Shown here piece by piece: positions 59,423 through 64,000 of a stretch of 64,000 bases of DNA (position 1 is its first letter; the number at the start of each line of letters is the position of its first letter). Under the pieces are notes generated by a model. That model saw only the letters and a list, made by a program, of their open reading frames with translations, was not told where the DNA came from and made no database searches. The translations under genes and the position numbers were made by a program. This DNA comes from an uncultured Lachnospiraceae bacterium. GTDB taxonomy: Bacteria > Bacillota > Clostridia > Lachnospirales > Lachnospiraceae. The DNA is taken from NCBI GenBank assembly GCA_944380095.1, contig CALWGP010000001.1, positions 2,524-66,523 of the forward strand, in the 5' to 3' direction.

Positions 59423-61915
59423 TCAGTACAGTTTCAGATATCTTCCCGTCACACTCTCAGCGCTTCCGGCAATCTGCGCCGGCGTTCCCGCCGCCACAAT
59501 CCGTCCGCCCGCATCCCCGCCGCCGGGGCCCATATCGATGACATAATCTACATTCCGGATCACGTCCAGATCGTGCTCGATAACCACTACGGTTGCCCCG
59601 TTTTTTTGCAGCGTCCGAAACACTTCCAAAAGCGTCTGTACATCCAGCGGATGCAGGCCGATGGTGGGTTCGTCGAAGACAAAAACCGTATCGGCCAGGG
59701 CCCTTCCCATCTCGCTGGCCAGTTTCAGCCGCTGGGCCTCCCCGCCGGAAAGGCCCGGCGTGGCTTCTCCCAGGGTCAAATAGCCAAGCCCCAGCCGCTC
59801 CAGTACGGCCAGCCGCTGGCTGACGGTTTTTAAATCCCGGCAGACTTTCCTCGCCCTGTGTACATCCATAGCCATCAGTTCCGGCAGGGAACAGGAAAAC
59901 CCTTCGGCGTTTTGATAGCGGATCTTTTCCGCTTCCTTCGTATAGCGGGACCCCCTGCAGGCCGGACAGGAAATTTCAACATCCGGCAGAAACTGCACAT
60001 CCAGGCTGACACTTCCCGTCCCGTCGCATACGGGACAGCGCAGTTTCCCCGTATTATAGGAGAAATCCCCCGCCCGGTATCCCATCCTTACGGCGTCTTC
60101 TGTCCTTGCATATAATTTTCGCAGCTCATCGTGAATGTTTGCATAGGTGGCCACGGTGGAGCGGACGTTGACCCCGATGGGCACGGCGTCGATCAGCAAA
60201 ACCCGCCCGATCCCCTTTGCTTCCACGTTCAAAACATGATCCGGAAGTTTTCTTCCCTCTATATAGGCTTTCAGTCCGGGAACCAGGCTTTCCAGGATCA
60301 GCGTTGTCTTTCCGGAACCGGAGACCCCGGTTACCGCCGTCAGTTTCCCTTTGGGAAACTTTGCCTGCAAAGGCTTCACCGTATGGATGCTCCCGGTGGA
60401 AAGACAGATTTTTTCCTCATTACAGCTGCTTTCATTCCCGGTCGCCGCAATCCCTTTTCCGGAAAGGAAAGGGCCGATTAAGGATCCGGGATCCGTCTTC
60501 AGGTCTTCTGCCGTTCCCTGTGCAATCACCCGTCCGCCCGACGCCCCTGCCCCCGGGCCCATTTCGATCATCCAGTCTGCTTTGGACAGAATCTGGACAT
60601 CGTGATCCACCAAAAGCACCGAATTCCCGTCCGCCTTAAGATCCTGCAGCACCCCTGCCAGTCCTTCAATATTGGAAGGATGCAGGCCGATGGACGGCTC
60701 GTCCAACACATACAAAACTCCCGTGGTCCGGTTGCGCACCGCCCTGGCCAGCTGCATCCGCTGCCGTTCTCCCGTAGACAGGGTGGAGGCTGCACGGTCC
60801 AAAGTCAGATAGCCAAGCCCCAGCTGCATCAGCCTTTTGGCTGCGGTACGGAAAGAATCACAGATGCTCTCCGCCATGGGGCGCATCTGTACCGGAAGGG
60901 ACGCAGGCACGCCATCCACCCAGACGCACAGCTCTTCCAGGGTCATCCTGCAGGCTTCATCCAGACCGATCCCCCTGATCCTGGGGCTTCTCGCTGCTTC
61001 CGAAAGGCGGCTGCCCTTACAGTCCGGACACGCTTCCTCTTTCAGGAACTTTTCCACCCGCTTCATCCCTTTTTCGTCCTTCACCTTCGCCAGGGCGTTT
61101 TGCACGGTGTAGACCGCGTTAAAGTAAGTAAAATCCAGCTCCCCGGCCTGATTGGAATTTTTCGCATGGTAAAAAATATGTTTCTTTTCTGCAGGCCCGT
61201 GGTAGACGATGTCCTTTTCCTTTTCCGTCAGTTCCCGGAAAGGGACGTTTGTGCGCACGCCCATCTCCCGGCATACGTCCGTCATCAAAGACCACATAAG
61301 GGAATTCCAGGGGGCCACTGCCCCTTCCTCGATGGTCAGGGAATCATCCGGCACCAGCGAAGACTCGTTCACCGTTCGGACAATCCCTGTCCCGTCGCAG
61401 GTCCTGCACGCGCCCTGGCTGTTAAAGGACAGTTCTTCCGCCGAAGGCGCATAAAAGCCTTCGCCGCATTCCGGACAGACCAGCTGATGTCCGGCCGCCA
61501 CGGCCAGGGACGGTTCCAGATAATGGCCGTTGGGACAGCGATGGGAGGCCAGCCGGGAAAACATCAGCCTAAGGCTGTTGAGCAATTCCGTCCCCGTCCC
61601 GAAAGTACTGCGGATGCCGGGGACCCCCGGCCTTTGGTGCAAAGCCAAAGCCGCCGGGACATAGCGCACCTCGTCCACGTCCGCCCTGGCGGCCTGGGTC
61701 ATCCGTCTGCGGGTATAGGCGGAAAGACCTTCCAGATAACGGCGGGATCCTTCCGCATACAAAACGCCCAGCGCCAGGGAGGATTTCCCGGAGCCGGACA
61801 CTCCGGCAATCCCCACGATTTTATTCAGTGGAATGTCCACGTCAATATTTTTCAGATTATGAACACGCGCCCCCCGGACACGGATCGCGTAAGGGGCGGC
61901 AAAGGATTCTTTCAT
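59423..61915 (-). CDS. Class II UvrA-like (UvrA2/DrrC-type) ABC ATPase
   Basis: GARVHNLKNI, two Walker A motifs GVSGSGKS/T, LSTGE and LSGGE signatures, Zn fingers; about 830 aa, shorter than canonical UvrA. Confidence 0.85.
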   Translation of the reverse strand: MKESFAAPYAIRVRGARVHNLKNIDVDIPLNKIVGIAGVSGSGKSSLALGVLYAEGSRRYLEGLSAYTRRRMTQAARADVDEVRYVPAALALHQRPGVPGIRSTFGTGTELLNSLRLMFSRLASHRCPNGHYLEPSLAVAAGHQLVCPECGEGFYAPSAEELSFNSQGACRTCDGTGIVRTVNESSLVPDDSLTIEEGAVAPWNSLMWSLMTDVCREMGVRTNVPFRELTEKEKDIVYHGPAEKKHIFYHAKNSNQAGELDFTYFNAVYTVQNALAKVKDEKGMKRVEKFLKEEACPDCKGSRLSEAARSPRIRGIGLDEACRMTLEELCVWVDGVPASLPVQMRPMAESICDSFRTAAKRLMQLGLGYLTLDRAASTLSTGERQRMQLARAVRNRTTGVLYVLDEPSIGLHPSNIEGLAGVLQDLKADGNSVLLVDHDVQILSKADWMIEMGPGAGASGGRVIAQGTAEDLKTDPGSLIGPFLSGKGIAATGNESSCNEEKICLSTGSIHTVKPLQAKFPKGKLTAVTGVSGSGKTTLILESLVPGLKAYIEGRKLPDHVLNVEAKGIGRVLLIDAVPIGVNVRSTVATYANIHDELRKLYARTEDAVRMGYRAGDFSYNTGKLRCPVCDGTGSVSLDVQFLPDVEISCPACRGSRYTKEAEKIRYQNAEGFSCSLPELMAMDVHRARKVCRDLKTVSQRLAVLERLGLGYLTLGEATPGLSGGEAQRLKLASEMGRALADTVFVFDEPTIGLHPLDVQTLLEVFRTLQKNGATVVVIEHDLDVIRNVDYVIDMGPGGGDAGGRIVAAGTPAQIAGSAESVTGRYLKLY

Positions 61916-62007
61916 GAAATCTCCATTCCTCATTTCCCTGCTGCAGTCATTTCGATCTTAGTATACTATATCCGGCCCAAAAACGCTAAGGGCAAAAAGA
62001 AGGAGCC

Positions 62008-62262
62008 GTGAAAAAAATATTTGTGCAGTCTCGTGGGCTGAAACAGGCGGCGCATGGGATTTATCTTTCCAAAGACGCCTGGGTGGACGCCATGTATCTG
62101 CTGCATCTTCGCTGTCCGCAGGCAGTTTTTTCCCATGAAACGGCGCTGTTTTTGAAAGCGTACGCCCGCCGGAAAGATAAAGACCTGCGGACGCTGGTGC
62201 GCTATGCCAAGCTGTTCCGGGTCGAGAAGATTTTTCGCCAGTATTTGGAGGTACTCCTATGA
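62008..62262 (+). pseudogene. Internally deleted AbiEi-type (type IV TA) antitoxin
   Basis: N-part AHGIYLSKDAWVDAMYLLHLRCPQAVFSHETALF joined directly to the family C-terminus LKAYARRKDKDLRTL...RQYLEVLL; only 84 aa. Confidence 0.7.
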
Positions 62263-62273
62263 TAAAGACAGCT
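62259..62273 (+). pseudogene. First codons (MIKTA) of an AbiEii-type toxin gene, rest lost
   Basis: ATGA overlap with the antitoxin stop and SD GGAGG; similarity to the recalled toxin start ends after five codons. Confidence 0.5.
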
Positions 62274-62316
62274 TGTAGCCTCTGTTCGTTTTTACACTTC
62301 CGACACATCTACCGCC

Positions 62317-62345
62317 TTGTATTCTCCGAGGGAATAAAATATAAT
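62317..62345 (+). promoter_or_regulatory. Promoter of the second two-component system
   Basis: TTGTAT-17-TATAAT. Confidence 0.65.
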
Positions 62346-62370
62346 GGTAGACGTTGTCGGAGGTACGAAT

Positions 62371-63060
62371 ATGGACTACATGACACTCAAAGAGGCGAGT
62401 CGGATTTTACTTTTAGAAGACGATGAAGCGCTGGGGCGTGGTATTTGTATGGCACTTGAAACGCCAAATTGTACCGTCACACATTGCAGCACACGTCTCC
62501 AGGCAATCAAGACTTTGCAGGGCATCGTCTTTGATTTATTGATTTTGGATATTAACCTGCCGGACGGCAGCGGGCTGGAACTGCTGCGGACACTGCGGAA
62601 AAGCGGCAACATTACTCCCGCCATTTTACTGACGGCCAATGATTTGGAACTGGATGAAGTGACCGGTCTGGAAGCCGGGGCGGACGATTATATTACCAAG
62701 CCTTTCTCCCTGGCAGTGCTCCGGGCCAGGGTGAACGCCCAGCTGCGGCGCTCTGTCCCGGTAAAACAGGATCGGATCGAATTGAACGGTTTCATCTTTG
62801 ACTTCTCACGGATGGAATTTTCCAAAGAAGGGACAATCATCGACCTTTCCAAGACAGAACAGCGGCTGCTGCACCTGTTGGTGGAGAACCGGGGCCGCAC
62901 GTTACCGCGGGAATTGCTGCTGGAAAAGGTGTGGGACGGCGGCGAGTTTGTGGATGAAAACGCCTTGTCTGTGGCGGTGCGGCGCCTGCGGGGGAAACTC
63001 AAGGATGCCCCTATCAGAACCGTGTACGGAGTTGGCTATACTTGGGAGGTAAGCAAATGA
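62371..63060 (+). CDS. OmpR-family response regulator
   Basis: ILLLEDD, ILDINLPDGSG, DYITKPF, TVYGVGY. Confidence 0.92.
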   Translation: MDYMTLKEASRILLLEDDEALGRGICMALETPNCTVTHCSTRLQAIKTLQGIVFDLLILDINLPDGSGLELLRTLRKSGNITPAILLTANDLELDEVTGLEAGADDYITKPFSLAVLRARVNAQLRRSVPVKQDRIELNGFIFDFSRMEFSKEGTIIDLSKTEQRLLHLLVENRGRTLPRELLLEKVWDGGEFVDENALSVAVRRLRGKLKDAPIRTVYGVGYTWEVSK

Positions 63061-63971
63061 CAGCTTTGACCTGGGTGCTGCTGGCCTTTGCTGTCATTGG
63101 GTTTCTATTTGGGCTCTGGCAGTGGACGGCCCGGCGCAAAACCGTCCGGCGGCTGGACAATATGCTGGAGCAGTCCATTTCCGGCGGTTTTACCGAGGAA
63201 CATTTTGATGAAACAGAACTGTCTGCGCTGGAGACAAAATTTGTCCGGTTCCTGCGCGGCTCTGCCCATACGCAAAAAACGATGGAAACCGAACAGGAAG
63301 CGGTAAAAACACTGATCGCCGATATTTCCCATCAGACGCGCACCCCCATCGCAAATTTACTTGTCTACGCCTCGCTTTTGACGGAAAGCAATCTGCCGCC
63401 GCGCCAGCAGGAACAGGCCCAGGCGCTGCTGACACAGGGGGAGAAACTGTCGTTTCTGATTCAGACCCTGGTCAAGGCTTCGAGATTGGAAACAGGTATT
63501 GTGGTTCCAGCCCCCTCGCCTGGCCCTGTATCCCCTTTATTAGAGGCGGCTGCCGGGCAGGAAAGACCTGCGGCGGAGAAAAAGGAAATCACCTTGCAGG
63601 TCCTTGCGTTTGCAGGCGACGCCTCCTTTGACTTGCGCTGGACAAGCGAAGCCCTTGGCAATGTTATCAACAACGCGGTAAAGTACACGCCCGCTGGAGG
63701 AAGGGTTACCGTATCTGCACAGATGCTTGAGACCTTTTGCCGGGTGGACGTGACGGACACGGGCCCCGGTATTCCGGAAGAAGAACAGGGCGGGATTTTT
63801 AACCGCTTCTATCGCGGTGCTTCAACTCACCCGGCGGAGGGGCTTGGCCTGGGGCTTTATCTGGCACGGGAAATCCTGTCCCTTCAGGGCGGTTACATCA
63901 AAGTATCCTCCAAACCCGGAAACGGGAGCACTTTTTCCCTGTATTTGCCCCGTGCGTTGAATCGGATATGA
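63057..63971 (+). CDS. Small intramembrane-sensing-type histidine kinase
   Basis: Single N-terminal TM, ISHQTRTP, NAVKYT, DTGPGI, GLGLGLYLA; ATGA coupling. Confidence 0.9.
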   Translation: MTALTWVLLAFAVIGFLFGLWQWTARRKTVRRLDNMLEQSISGGFTEEHFDETELSALETKFVRFLRGSAHTQKTMETEQEAVKTLIADISHQTRTPIANLLVYASLLTESNLPPRQQEQAQALLTQGEKLSFLIQTLVKASRLETGIVVPAPSPGPVSPLLEAAAGQERPAAEKKEITLQVLAFAGDASFDLRWTSEALGNVINNAVKYTPAGGRVTVSAQMLETFCRVDVTDTGPGIPEEEQGGIFNRFYRGASTHPAEGLGLGLYLAREILSLQGGYIKVSSKPGNGSTFSLYLPRALNRI

Positions 63972-64000
63972 AGAACCGGAAATCTTTCAACTCTGTTAGA

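Overview
Mostly core chromosome of a Lachnospiraceae-like Clostridia, with most genes on the minus strand. From the left: tRNA-Arg(CCG), lactonase, XRE-cupin regulator plus potABCD, RluA, an NYN-LOTUS protein and an OmpR-type two-component system. Next comes the conserved translation/secretion/lipid block (pgeF, yraN, rnhB, lepB, rbgA, lepB, rplS, trmD fused to GNAT, rimM, khpA, rpsP, ffh, ylxM, threonine dehydratase, ftsY, smc, rnc, acpP, plsX, rpmF, yceD). It is followed by an SGNH/MBOAT pair, ackA-pta, tmcAL, mrp, DUF711/ACT, an MBL hydrolase, coaE, polA and an orphan ZAS anti-sigma gene. A complete GlcNAc PTS operon follows (RAT leader, PRD antiterminator, EIIA, EI, HPr, EIICB, nagB, nagA). 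The right end holds a heterodimeric ABC exporter, yitT, an S66 peptidase, hom, a class II UvrA, a decayed AbiE toxin-antitoxin module and a second two-component system. No CRISPR array, integrase or transposase was seen. Best leads: (1) a candidate ~95-nt response-regulator-controlled sRNA at ~51698-51795 carrying an anti-SD/anti-AUG tract, reminiscent of streptococcal csRNAs, antisense to a 25-codon sORF; (2) a GlcNAc PTS whose HPr lacks Ser46 and whose antiterminator lacks both PRD2 histidines, suggesting insulation from catabolite control; (3) the TrmD-GNAT fusion; (4) a tRNA enclosed by a 12-bp leader-trailer helix plus U6. All family assignments come from motif recognition by eye; no database searches were run.
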